Of a stretch of DNA of 64,000 bases, positions 1 to 7,842 are shown in pieces (position 1 is the stretch's first letter; each line of letters begins with the position of its first letter). A model generated the notes under the pieces. The model searched no databases. It saw only the letters and a program-made list of their open reading frames with translations, and had not been told where the DNA came from. A program made the translations under genes and the position numbers. Origin of the DNA: Escherichia coli (GTDB lineage: Bacteria > Pseudomonadota > Gammaproteobacteria > Enterobacterales > Enterobacteriaceae). The stretch lies in NCBI RefSeq assembly GCF_041248615.1, contig NZ_CP158425.1. One strand, written 5' to 3'.

Positions 1-133
1 GATTGGGTATCGCCGTGCTTCCGATATGTTCAATGGCTACGGCATGAGAACCGAAAAAATGGAGCAATTTTATTTTCTCTTCTTCAAAATTCTTTGTCCA
101 ATCCGGGTTATATTCCATAATTTCAATTTTCAT
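1..133 (-). CDS. GrpB-family protein, N-terminal part only (gene continues beyond window start)
   Basis: Minus-strand ATG at 133-131; translation MKIEIMEYNPDW..FEEEK..IEHIGSTAIP resembles GrpB N-terminus; no ORF-track entry because partial. Confidence 0.4.
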   Translation of the reverse strand, partial: MKIEIMEYNPDWTKNFEEEKIKLLHFFGSHAVAIEHIGSTAIPN

Positions 134-170
134 GATAGTTTCGTCCTTGCCTCAAAAACCATGTTTGGTA

Positions 171-1034
171 TTATACTCCATATCTCTCCGGTGCAGGAAT
201 AGCCTTTTCTGATGCACGGCTAACAGCTTCCCATTCTTCCCAGGTAGCCATCCGTGCTTTTAAGGTATCCATCGCCAAATCGTATACCATGCTGCCAAGG
301 ATAAGCCTCAAAGGCGGATTATTGCTGGCTACTAATTTCATAAGGGCTTCCGCTGCCAAGGAAGGATCACTATCGACCGAATCTTCGGAATACTGTTTCG
401 CCAGCTCATCGCGCAGTGTACCGTATGAATCTAATGGATTGCTGTAACTCATCGAAGTGTATAAATCTGTCCAATATCCTCCTGGTTCCACCATAGTGAG
501 TTTCACTCCGAAATGTTCCGCTTCTTTTGCTAAGGCTTCACTCATTCCTTCCAGCGCAAATTTACTTGCACTGTAAATACCAGACATCGGACCCGAGATA
601 ATAGCGCCAATGCTTGTAATCTGTATGATATGTCCAGAACGCTGCGACCTCAAATAGGGCATCACTGCCTGACAAACCCAAAGAGCTCCAAAAAAGTTTG
701 TGTCCATTAGTTTCCGAGCATCGGATTCGTTTAGTTCTTCAATCATACCCATAGTCATGATACCCGCATTATTAACAACAATATCAAGCCTACCGAAATG
801 TTTAACTGCTGTTTCAACCGTAGAAAAAACAGCCTCCCTATCTGTAACATCGAGGTTTAATGGCAGTAAGCTCTCTTGATATGTTTCTTCTAGCTTCGCC
901 AAATTATCGATAGTCCTTGCAACTGCAACAACTTTATCCCCGGCTTTCAAGGCGGCGCATGTAAAAGCATAGCCAAGCCCCTTGCTTGCTCCGGTAATAA
1001 ACCATACTCTTTTATTTTCGCTATTAGGTATCAT
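171..1034 (-). CDS. short-chain dehydrogenase/reductase (SDR) family oxidoreductase
   Basis: 287 aa ORF with N-terminal TGASKGLG Rossmann motif and YSASK (YxxxK) catalytic motif. Confidence 0.85.
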   Translation of the reverse strand: MIPNSENKRVWFITGASKGLGYAFTCAALKAGDKVVAVARTIDNLAKLEETYQESLLPLNLDVTDREAVFSTVETAVKHFGRLDIVVNNAGIMTMGMIEELNESDARKLMDTNFFGALWVCQAVMPYLRSQRSGHIIQITSIGAIISGPMSGIYSASKFALEGMSEALAKEAEHFGVKLTMVEPGGYWTDLYTSMSYSNPLDSYGTLRDELAKQYSEDSVDSDPSLAAEALMKLVASNNPPLRLILGSMVYDLAMDTLKARMATWEEWEAVSRASEKAIPAPERYGV

Positions 1035-1179
1035 AGATATTCTCCTTTAGGCTATTATAGAAAGATTATTATAAGCGAAATTAATACCGTTAAACGCCAT
1101 GAGCCCGACAATTTTGAGCACTTTGTTTTGTACTCCCAGAAGCTCACCACTACAAATTATCATCAACCCGGTCCTTTTT

Positions 1180-1439
1180 TCAGTCCACTTGCGGTTTCAT
1201 TGTTACTTTGTCATAGCGTCGTGTCAGAATGCGGCAGAGAACAGCGTTTACTATCAACGCAACACCAGACCAGAAAAACCATGTATTAACACCTATAACC
1301 TCAACAACCGGACCTGCAACAAGTAAGCCTATCGGCATAGAAAGAGTCATGGCGGTCATCAAAAGGGAAAACACCTTGCCCATCATTTCAGGGGCAATGC
1401 TTTCTTGAACATAAGCCATAACAGGAACATTCATAAATG
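1180..1439 (-). pseudogene. MFS-type transporter, C-terminal fragment truncated by IS26
   Basis: Hydrophobic C-terminal segment of a transporter-like ORF; reading frame runs into the IS26 terminal repeat at 1440. Confidence 0.5.
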
Positions 1440-2259
1440 GGCACTGTTGCAAAGTTAGCGATGAGGCAGCCTTTTGTCTTATTCAAAGGCCTTACATTTC
1501 AAAAACTCTGCTTACCAGGCGCATTTCGCCCAGGGGATCACCATAATAAAATGCTGAGGCCTGGCCTTTGCGTAGTGCACGCATCACCTCAATACCTTTG
1601 ATGGTGGCGTAAGCCGTCTTCATGGATTTAAATCCCAGCGTGGCGCCGATTATCCGTTTCAGTTTGCCATGATCGCATTCAATCACGTTGTTCCGGTACT
1701 TAATCTGTCGGTGTTCAACGTCAGACGGGCACCGGCCTTCGCGTTTGAGCAGAGCAAGCGCGCGACCATAGGCGGGCGCTTTATCCGTGTTGATGAATCG
1801 CGGGATCTGCCACTTCTTCACGTTGTTGAGGATTTTACCCAGAAACCGGTATGCAGCTTTGCTGTTACGACGGGAGGAGAGATAAAAATCGACAGTGCGG
1901 CCCCGGCTGTCGACGGCCCGGTACAGATACGCCCAGCGGCCATTGACCTTCACGTAGGTTTCATCCATGTGCCACGGGCAAAGATCGGAAGGGTTACGCC
2001 AGTACCAGCGCAGCCGTTTTTCCATTTCAGGCGCATAACGCTGAACCCAGCGGTAAATCGTGGAGTGATCGACATTCACTCCGCGTTCAGCCAGCATCTC
2101 CTGCAGCTCACGGTAACTGATGCCGTATTTGCAGTACCAGCGTACGGCCCACAGAATGATGTCACGCTGAAAATGCCGGCCTTTGAATGGGTTCATGTGC
2201 AGCTCCATCAGCAAAAGGGGATGATAAGTTTATCACCACCGACTATTTGCAACAGTGCC
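1440..2259 (-). mobile_element. IS26 (IS6 family), 820 bp
   Basis: Terminal inverted repeats GGCACTGTTGCAAA at 1440 and complement ending 2259; encloses Tnp26; flanking 8 bp differ (no target-site duplication). Confidence 0.95.
1492..2196 (-). CDS. tnp26: IS26 transposase Tnp26
   Basis: Protein MNPFKGRHFQRDIILWAVRWYCKYGISYRELQEM... matches remembered Tnp26; ORF-track N-terminal extension ignored. Confidence 0.95.
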   Translation of the reverse strand: MNPFKGRHFQRDIILWAVRWYCKYGISYRELQEMLAERGVNVDHSTIYRWVQRYAPEMEKRLRWYWRNPSDLCPWHMDETYVKVNGRWAYLYRAVDSRGRTVDFYLSSRRNSKAAYRFLGKILNNVKKWQIPRFINTDKAPAYGRALALLKREGRCPSDVEHRQIKYRNNVIECDHGKLKRIIGATLGFKSMKTAYATIKGIEVMRALRKGQASAFYYGDPLGEMRLVSRVFEM

Positions 2260-2605
2260 CCTGCGGGTTCTGACTGGAAAGGGCGCTCAGATCGACACCA
2301 CGACTGCGTCCGGTCGCATGGTGTTCGGAATCTTCGCCACCTTGGCCGAGTTCGAGCGGGATCTGATCCGAGAGCGCACCATGGCGGGTCTCGCCTCCGC
2401 GAGAGCGCGCGGTCGCAAGGGCGGACGAAAATTCGCGCTCACCAAAGCTCAGGTGCGTCTCGCGCAAGCCGCCATGGCCCAGCGCGATACTTCAGTTTCC
2501 GATCTCTGCAAGGAACTCGGCATCGAGCGCGTCACTCTCTACCGATATGTCGGTCCCAAAGGCGAGCTCAGAGACCATGGAAAGCATGTTCTCGGACTTA
2601 CGTAG
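2260..2605 (+). pseudogene. tnpR: Tn5393 resolvase tnpR, 3' fragment (5' end removed by IS26)
   Basis: 346 bp identical in translation to the 3' part of the intact tnpR at 11075-11420; begins directly at the IS26 boundary. Confidence 0.9.
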
Positions 2606-2669
2606 TGGACTTGCCTCGGTTTCGTTCCGGTCTTTTTGAGAGCATTATTTGTTATCAAGGAGACCATAT

Positions 2670-2945
2670 ATGTCATTAAAGCATAGTGATGAATTTAAGC
2701 GTGATGCAGTTCGCATAGCACTCACTAGTGGCTTAACACGCCGTCAAGTTGCGTCAGATTTAAGTATTGGGCTTTCCACGCTTGGGAAATGGATCGCATC
2801 AATTTCCGATGAAACTAAAATTCCTACCCAAGACACTGATCTTCTGCGTGAGAATGAACGTTTACGCAAAGAGAACCGTATCCTTCGGGAGGAGAGGGAG
2901 ATATTAAAAAAGGCAGCAATATTTTTCGCAGTACAAAAGCTGTGA
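2670..2945 (+). CDS. IS1133 transposase OrfA (helix-turn-helix)
   Basis: IS3-family OrfA-like protein with leucine-zipper C-terminus; ATG at 2670 preceded by AAGGAG. Confidence 0.8.
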   Translation: MSLKHSDEFKRDAVRIALTSGLTRRQVASDLSIGLSTLGKWIASISDETKIPTQDTDLLRENERLRKENRILREEREILKKAAIFFAVQKL

Positions 2946-3799
2946 GATTTCAGTTTATTACGGATTACCGTGGCTCTCTCTCACGTTCACGCATATGTCG
3001 TTTGATGGGCGTAACAGATCGTGGTTTACGTGCATGGAAACGCCGTCCTCCATCACTGCGCCAGCGTCGTGATCTTATACTTCTAGCGCATATACGTGAG
3101 CAGCATCGGTTGTGTTTGGGGAGCTATGGTAGGCCGCGTATGACAGAAGAGTTGAAAGCGCTGGGCCTGCAGGTTGGGCAGCGTCGGGTTGGACGTTTGA
3201 TGCGCCAGAATAACATTACAGTTGTTCGAACGCGTAAATTCAAACGGACAACGGATAGTCATCATACCTTCAACATTGCACCGAACCTATTAAAACAAGA
3301 CTTTAGCGCAAGCGCACCCAACCAGAAATGGGCAGGCGATATCACTTATGTTTGGACCAGAGAAGGATGGGTCTATCTTGCTGTTATCCTTGACCTGTAT
3401 TCCCGTCGCGTGATTGGCTGGGCAACAGGTGATCGATTAAAGCAGGATCTTGCATTAAGGGCACTGAATATGGCGTTGGCTTTACGCAAACCACCACCGG
3501 GTTGTATTCAACACACAGACCGTGGGAGCCAATATTGCGCTCATGAATATCAAAAGCTACTGCTCAAACATCAATTGCTGCCGTCCATGAGCGGGAAAGG
3601 CAATTGTTTTGATAACTCCGCAGTAGAAAGCTTCTTTAAATCATTAAAGGCTGAGTTGATTTGGCGCAGACACTGGCAAACAAGGCGAGATATTGAGATT
3701 GCAATCTTCGAATATATAAATGGCTTTTATAATCCACGCCGAAGACATTCAACACTCGGCTGGAAATCGCCGGTGGCATTTGAGAAAAAAGCCGCTTAA
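2942..3799 (+). CDS. IS1133 transposase OrfB (integrase core, DDE)
   Basis: 285 aa ORF overlapping OrfA in typical IS3 frameshift arrangement; DITYV...integrase core. Confidence 0.85.
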   Translation: MRFQFITDYRGSLSRSRICRLMGVTDRGLRAWKRRPPSLRQRRDLILLAHIREQHRLCLGSYGRPRMTEELKALGLQVGQRRVGRLMRQNNITVVRTRKFKRTTDSHHTFNIAPNLLKQDFSASAPNQKWAGDITYVWTREGWVYLAVILDLYSRRVIGWATGDRLKQDLALRALNMALALRKPPPGCIQHTDRGSQYCAHEYQKLLLKHQLLPSMSGKGNCFDNSAVESFFKSLKAELIWRRHWQTRRDIEIAIFEYINGFYNPRRRHSTLGWKSPVAFEKKAA

Positions 3800-3905
3800 A
3801 ATGAGAGATAGACCGGAACACAACCGGTGCAAGTCCATAGCAACTCGTTTCTTTTCGCAGGTTGAGCCACCTCCGCGCTTCATCAGAAAACTGAAGGAAC
3901 CTCCA

Positions 3906-4709
3906 TTGAATCGAACTAATATTTTTTTTGGTGAATCGCATTCTGACTGGTTGCCTGTCAGAGGCGGAGAATCTGGTGATTTTGTTTTTCGACGTGGTGA
4001 CGGGCATGCCTTCGCGAAAATCGCACCTGCTTCCCGCCGCGGTGAGCTCGCTGGAGAGCGTGACCGCCTCATTTGGCTCAAAGGTCGAGGTGTGGCTTGC
4101 CCCGAGGTCATCAACTGGCAGGAGGAACAGGAGGGTGCATGCTTGGTGATAACGGCAATTCCGGGAGTACCGGCGGCTGATCTGTCTGGAGCGGATTTGC
4201 TCAAAGCGTGGCCGTCAATGGGGCAGCAACTTGGCGCTGTTCACAGCCTATCGGTTGATCAATGTCCGTTTGAGCGCAGGCTGTCGCGAATGTTCGGACG
4301 CGCCGTTGATGTGGTGTCCCGCAATGCCGTCAATCCCGACTTCTTACCGGACGAGGACAAGAGTACGCCGCAGCTCGATCTTTTGGCTCGTGTCGAACGA
4401 GAGCTACCGGTGCGGCTCGACCAAGAGCGCACCGATATGGTTGTTTGCCATGGTGATCCCTGCATGCCGAACTTCATGGTGGACCCTAAAACTCTTCAAT
4501 GCACGGGTCTGATCGACCTTGGGCGGCTCGGAACAGCAGATCGCTATGCCGATTTGGCACTCATGATTGCTAACGCCGAAGAGAACTGGGCAGCGCCAGA
4601 TGAAGCAGAGCGCGCCTTCGCTGTCCTATTCAATGTATTGGGGATCGAAGCCCCCGACCGCGAACGCCTTGCCTTCTATCTGCGATTGGACCCTCTGACT
4701 TGGGGTTGA
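3906..4709 (+). CDS. strA: aminoglycoside 3''-phosphotransferase APH(3'')-Ib (streptomycin resistance)
   Basis: Protein from NRTNIFFGESHSDWLPVRGG... to ...LRLDPLTWG matches StrA; TTG start at 3906; ORF-track upstream extension not coding. Confidence 0.95.
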   Translation: MNRTNIFFGESHSDWLPVRGGESGDFVFRRGDGHAFAKIAPASRRGELAGERDRLIWLKGRGVACPEVINWQEEQEGACLVITAIPGVPAADLSGADLLKAWPSMGQQLGAVHSLSVDQCPFERRLSRMFGRAVDVVSRNAVNPDFLPDEDKSTPQLDLLARVERELPVRLDQERTDMVVCHGDPCMPNFMVDPKTLQCTGLIDLGRLGTADRYADLALMIANAEENWAAPDEAERAFAVLFNVLGIEAPDRERLAFYLRLDPLTWG

Positions 4710-5545
4710 TGTTCATGCCGCCTGTTTTTCCTGCTCATTGGCACGTTTCGCAACCTGTTCTCATTGCGGACACCTTTTCCAGCCTCGTTTGGAAAGTTTC
4801 ATTGCCAGACGGGACTCCTGCAATCGTCAAGGGATTGAAACCTATAGAAGACATTGCTGATGAACTGCGCGGGGCCGACTATCTGGTATGGCGCAATGGG
4901 AGGGGAGCAGTCCGGTTGCTCGGTCGTGAGAACAATCTGATGTTGCTCGAATATGCCGGGGAGCGAATGCTCTCTCACATCGTTGCCGAGCACGGCGACT
5001 ACCAGGCGACCGAAATTGCAGCGGAACTAATGGCGAAGCTGTATGCCGCATCTGAGGAACCCCTGCCTTCTGCCCTTCTCCCGATCCGGGATCGCTTTGC
5101 AGCTTTGTTTCAGCGGGCGCGCGATGATCAAAACGCAGGTTGTCAAACTGACTACGTCCACGCGGCGATTATAGCCGATCAAATGATGAGCAATGCCTCG
5201 GAACTGCGTGGGCTACATGGCGATCTGCATCATGAAAACATCATGTTCTCCAGTCGCGGCTGGCTGGTGATAGATCCCGTCGGTCTGGTCGGTGAAGTGG
5301 GCTTTGGCGCCGCCAATATGTTCTACGATCCGGCTGACAGAGACGACCTTTGTCTCGATCCTAGACGCATTGCACAGATGGCGGACGCATTCTCTCGTGC
5401 GCTGGACGTCGATCCGCGTCGCCTGCTCGACCAGGCGTACGCTTATGGGTGCCTTTCCGCAGCTTGGAACGCGGATGGAGAAGAGGAGCAACGCGATCTA
5501 GCTATCGCGGCCGCGATCAAGCAGGTGCGACAGACGTCATACTAG
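4709..5545 (+). CDS. strB: aminoglycoside 6-phosphotransferase APH(6)-Id (streptomycin resistance)
   Basis: Protein MFMPPVFPAHWHVSQPVLIADTFSS... matches StrB; start overlaps strA stop (TGATG). Confidence 0.95.
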   Translation: MFMPPVFPAHWHVSQPVLIADTFSSLVWKVSLPDGTPAIVKGLKPIEDIADELRGADYLVWRNGRGAVRLLGRENNLMLLEYAGERMLSHIVAEHGDYQATEIAAELMAKLYAASEEPLPSALLPIRDRFAALFQRARDDQNAGCQTDYVHAAIIADQMMSNASELRGLHGDLHHENIMFSSRGWLVIDPVGLVGEVGFGAANMFYDPADRDDLCLDPRRIAQMADAFSRALDVDPRRLLDQAYAYGCLSAAWNADGEEEQRDLAIAAAIKQVRQTSY

Positions 5546-5570
5546 ATATCAAGCGACTTCTCCTATCCCC

Positions 5571-5651
5571 TGGGAACACATCAATCTTACCGGAGAATAT
5601 CGTTGGCCAAAGCCTTAGCGTAGGATTTCGCCCTCTCCCGCAAACGACCCC
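5571..5651. repeat. Tn5393 81-bp terminal inverted repeat (IRR)
   Basis: Reverse complement aligns with the IRL at 7762-7842 with a few mismatches. Confidence 0.85.
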
Positions 5652-5880
5652 TTTATTGTAGGTGGGCCAGTTGGTGATTTTGAACTTTTGCTTTGCCACG
5701 GAACGGTCTGCGTTGTCGGGAAGATGCGTGATCTGATCCTTCAACTCAGCAAAAGTTCGATTTATTCAACAAATCCACGTTGTGTCTCAAAATCTCTGAT
5801 GTTACATTGCACAAGATAAAAATATATCATCATGAACAATAAAACTGTCTGCTTACATAAACAGTAATACAAGGGGTGTT

Positions 5881-6696
5881 ATGAGCCATATTCAACGGGA
5901 AACGTCTTGCTCGAGGCCGCGATTAAATTCCAACCTGGATGCTGATTTATATGGGTATAAATGGGCTCGCGATAATGTCGGGCAATCAGGTGCGACAATC
6001 TATCGATTGTATGGGAAGCCCGATGCGCCAGAGTTGTTTCTGAAACATGGCAAAGGTAGCGTTGCCAATGATGTTACAGATGAGATGGTCAGACTAAACT
6101 GGCTGACGGCATTTATGCCTCTTCCGACCATCAAGCATTTTATCCGTACTCCTGATGATGCATGGTTACTCACCACTGCGCTCCCCGGGAAAACAGCATT
6201 CCAGGTATTAGAAGAATATCCTGATTCAGGTGAAAATATTGTTGATGCGCTGGCAGCGTTCCTGCGCCGGTTGCATTCGATTCCTGTTAGTAATTGTCCT
6301 TTTAACAGCGATCGCGTATTTCGTCTCGCTCAGGCGCAATCACGAATGAATAACGGTTTGGTTGATGCGAGTGATTTTGATGACGAGCGTAATGGCTGGC
6401 CTGTTGAACAAGTCTGGAAAGAAATGCATAAGCTTTTGCCATTCTCACCGGATTCAGTCGTCACTCATGGTGATTTCTCACTTGATAACCTTATTTTTGA
6501 CGAGGGGAAATTAATAGGTTGTATTGATGTTGGACGAGTCGGAATCGCAGACCGATACCAGGATCTTGCCATCCTATGGAACTGCCTCGGTGAATTTTCT
6601 CCTTCATTACAGAAACGGCTTTTTCAAAAATATGGTATTGATAATCCTGATATGAATAAATTGCAGTTTCATTTGATGCTCGATGAGTTTTTCTGA
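5881..6696 (+). CDS. aph(3')-Ia: aminoglycoside 3'-phosphotransferase APH(3')-Ia (kanamycin/neomycin resistance)
   Basis: Protein MSHIQRETSCSRPRLNSNLDADLYGYKWARDNVGQSGATIYRLYGK...; upstream leader matches Tn903-type aphA1 context. Confidence 0.95.
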   Translation: MSHIQRETSCSRPRLNSNLDADLYGYKWARDNVGQSGATIYRLYGKPDAPELFLKHGKGSVANDVTDEMVRLNWLTAFMPLPTIKHFIRTPDDAWLLTTALPGKTAFQVLEEYPDSGENIVDALAAFLRRLHSIPVSNCPFNSDRVFRLAQAQSRMNNGLVDASDFDDERNGWPVEQVWKEMHKLLPFSPDSVVTHGDFSLDNLIFDEGKLIGCIDVGRVGIADRYQDLAILWNCLGEFSPSLQKRLFQKYGIDNPDMNKLQFHLMLDEFF

Positions 6697-6849
6697 TAGT
6701 TAGTCTTTGTAGAGACACAAACCTGAAATTCCGGACACCGCGCTTCAGGACATCTCCCTGGACGCCGATATCTGGCAGTATCCGGACGGTACTATCGAAC
6801 GCCGGGCCAACGGTACTCCCCTGCCCTTTATGACTGACGACCGGCTATT

Positions 6850-7758
6850 TCACCCACGCACTTCTCCATGAAATTTAGCATCGTCGCGGTTAATGTCGAA
6901 AATTTGCCACCTGACGTGGTTGGCATCGAGGGTGAAAACTGCCGTGGCGAGGGTGTTCTCCTCATCCGGATCGTCGGCAGCCAGCCGGTAAATTGGCAGT
7001 TCTGCGTCATGGGTATCTGAGAGAATGGTTTTTGCCGCCGCGGCGTCAAACGGAGGTTGCGTTTCCCGCCACTGCACGAGGCGTAACTGCCGCGACGCTG
7101 AACTGTCGGTAACGATCTGCTCAACGCCAGCCAGTGCCGCATGCACCAGATGGTTGGCATGCCCGGTTACCGTCGTCAGGGGTAGAACGGAACAGCCTTG
7201 ACCGGTGGCCTCAACGCTGAACAGCCGCGCATCGCCCAGCTGCCCGAGCGTATGGTGAAACGCCCCGGATCGCGGCTGGCCGGTAAGTATAGTGATGGCC
7301 TCGTCGAGGGTGTTCGCATTCAGCGAGGCGCGAGCCAGGATCTGACGCGGTAATCCCTGCGGACGATACACTGCACGGATGTTATTCACCGTGTTAACGA
7401 TACCTTTTTCATTTACCGCAAAGGTGTGGCCGCAAATCGACCCCGGATAGGCAAAACTCGTAAAGCTCAGACCGCGACTCGGAGTAATGGTAGCCAGCAA
7501 GCATTCATCCCGTAACTGAGGAAAACCGTCTTCATTATGCGCGATAATCCGCTCGCCTGCGGCGTTTACCCCGGCCACCGTCGTACAGCCATCCGACGTT
7601 GAGCGCACCAGATCGCCACGGCAGTTCCAGGCAAAGACCTGATCAACAGTGGCCTCCAGTCCCTGCGCCAGCCCCTCCAGCTCCTGCCAGATGTGCGGAT
7701 AATGCCGCTGCACCTCGGCGCGCATTAACCGGGTCTCAGGGGATGCCTGCAGGGTCAT
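6850..7758 (-). CDS. C45-family autoproteolytic acyltransferase/hydrolase-like protein (tentative)
   Basis: About 302 aa; DGCTTV motif resembles the Gly-Cys self-cleavage site of acyl-CoA:6-APA acyltransferase-like enzymes; ends 3 bp before Tn5393 IRL. Confidence 0.5.
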   Translation of the reverse strand: MTLQASPETRLMRAEVQRHYPHIWQELEGLAQGLEATVDQVFAWNCRGDLVRSTSDGCTTVAGVNAAGERIIAHNEDGFPQLRDECLLATITPSRGLSFTSFAYPGSICGHTFAVNEKGIVNTVNNIRAVYRPQGLPRQILARASLNANTLDEAITILTGQPRSGAFHHTLGQLGDARLFSVEATGQGCSVLPLTTVTGHANHLVHAALAGVEQIVTDSSASRQLRLVQWRETQPPFDAAAAKTILSDTHDAELPIYRLAADDPDEENTLATAVFTLDANHVRWQIFDINRDDAKFHGEVRG

Positions 7759-7761
7759 CAC

Positions 7762-7842
7762 GGGGTCGTTTGCGGGAGGGGGCGGAATCCTACGCTAAGG
7801 CTTTGGCCAGCGATATTCTCCGGTGAGATTGATGTGTTCCCA
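7762..7842. repeat. Tn5393 81-bp terminal inverted repeat (IRL)
   Basis: GGGGTCGTTTGCGGGAGGGGGCGGAATCCTACGCTAAGG...; tnpA reading frame terminates inside it. Confidence 0.85.

Larger units (their letters stand above)
2606..3837 (+). mobile_element. IS1133 (IS3 family), 1232 bp, inserted at the tnpR stop codon
   Basis: Ends TGGACTTGC...GCAAGTCCA; flanked by 3-bp TAG direct repeat (2603-2605 and 3838-3840); the copy at 11421 lacks the element. Confidence 0.85.
2260..5651 (+). mobile_element. Tn5393 right-hand portion (partial tnpR - IS1133 - strA - strB - IRR)
   Basis: Gene order and 81-bp terminal repeat at 5571-5651 match Tn5393; left part replaced by IS26. Confidence 0.85.

Noticed and set aside
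1669-2679. 336-aa plus-strand ORF spanning IS26 and the partial tnpR
   Set aside because: Antisense to the IS26 transposase and crosses two unrelated segment boundaries; GC-rich antisense artefact.
3720-3905. N-terminal extension of strA in the ORF track (329 aa)
   Set aside because: Extension runs back into the IS1133 end; the StrA sequence begins at the TTG at 3906.
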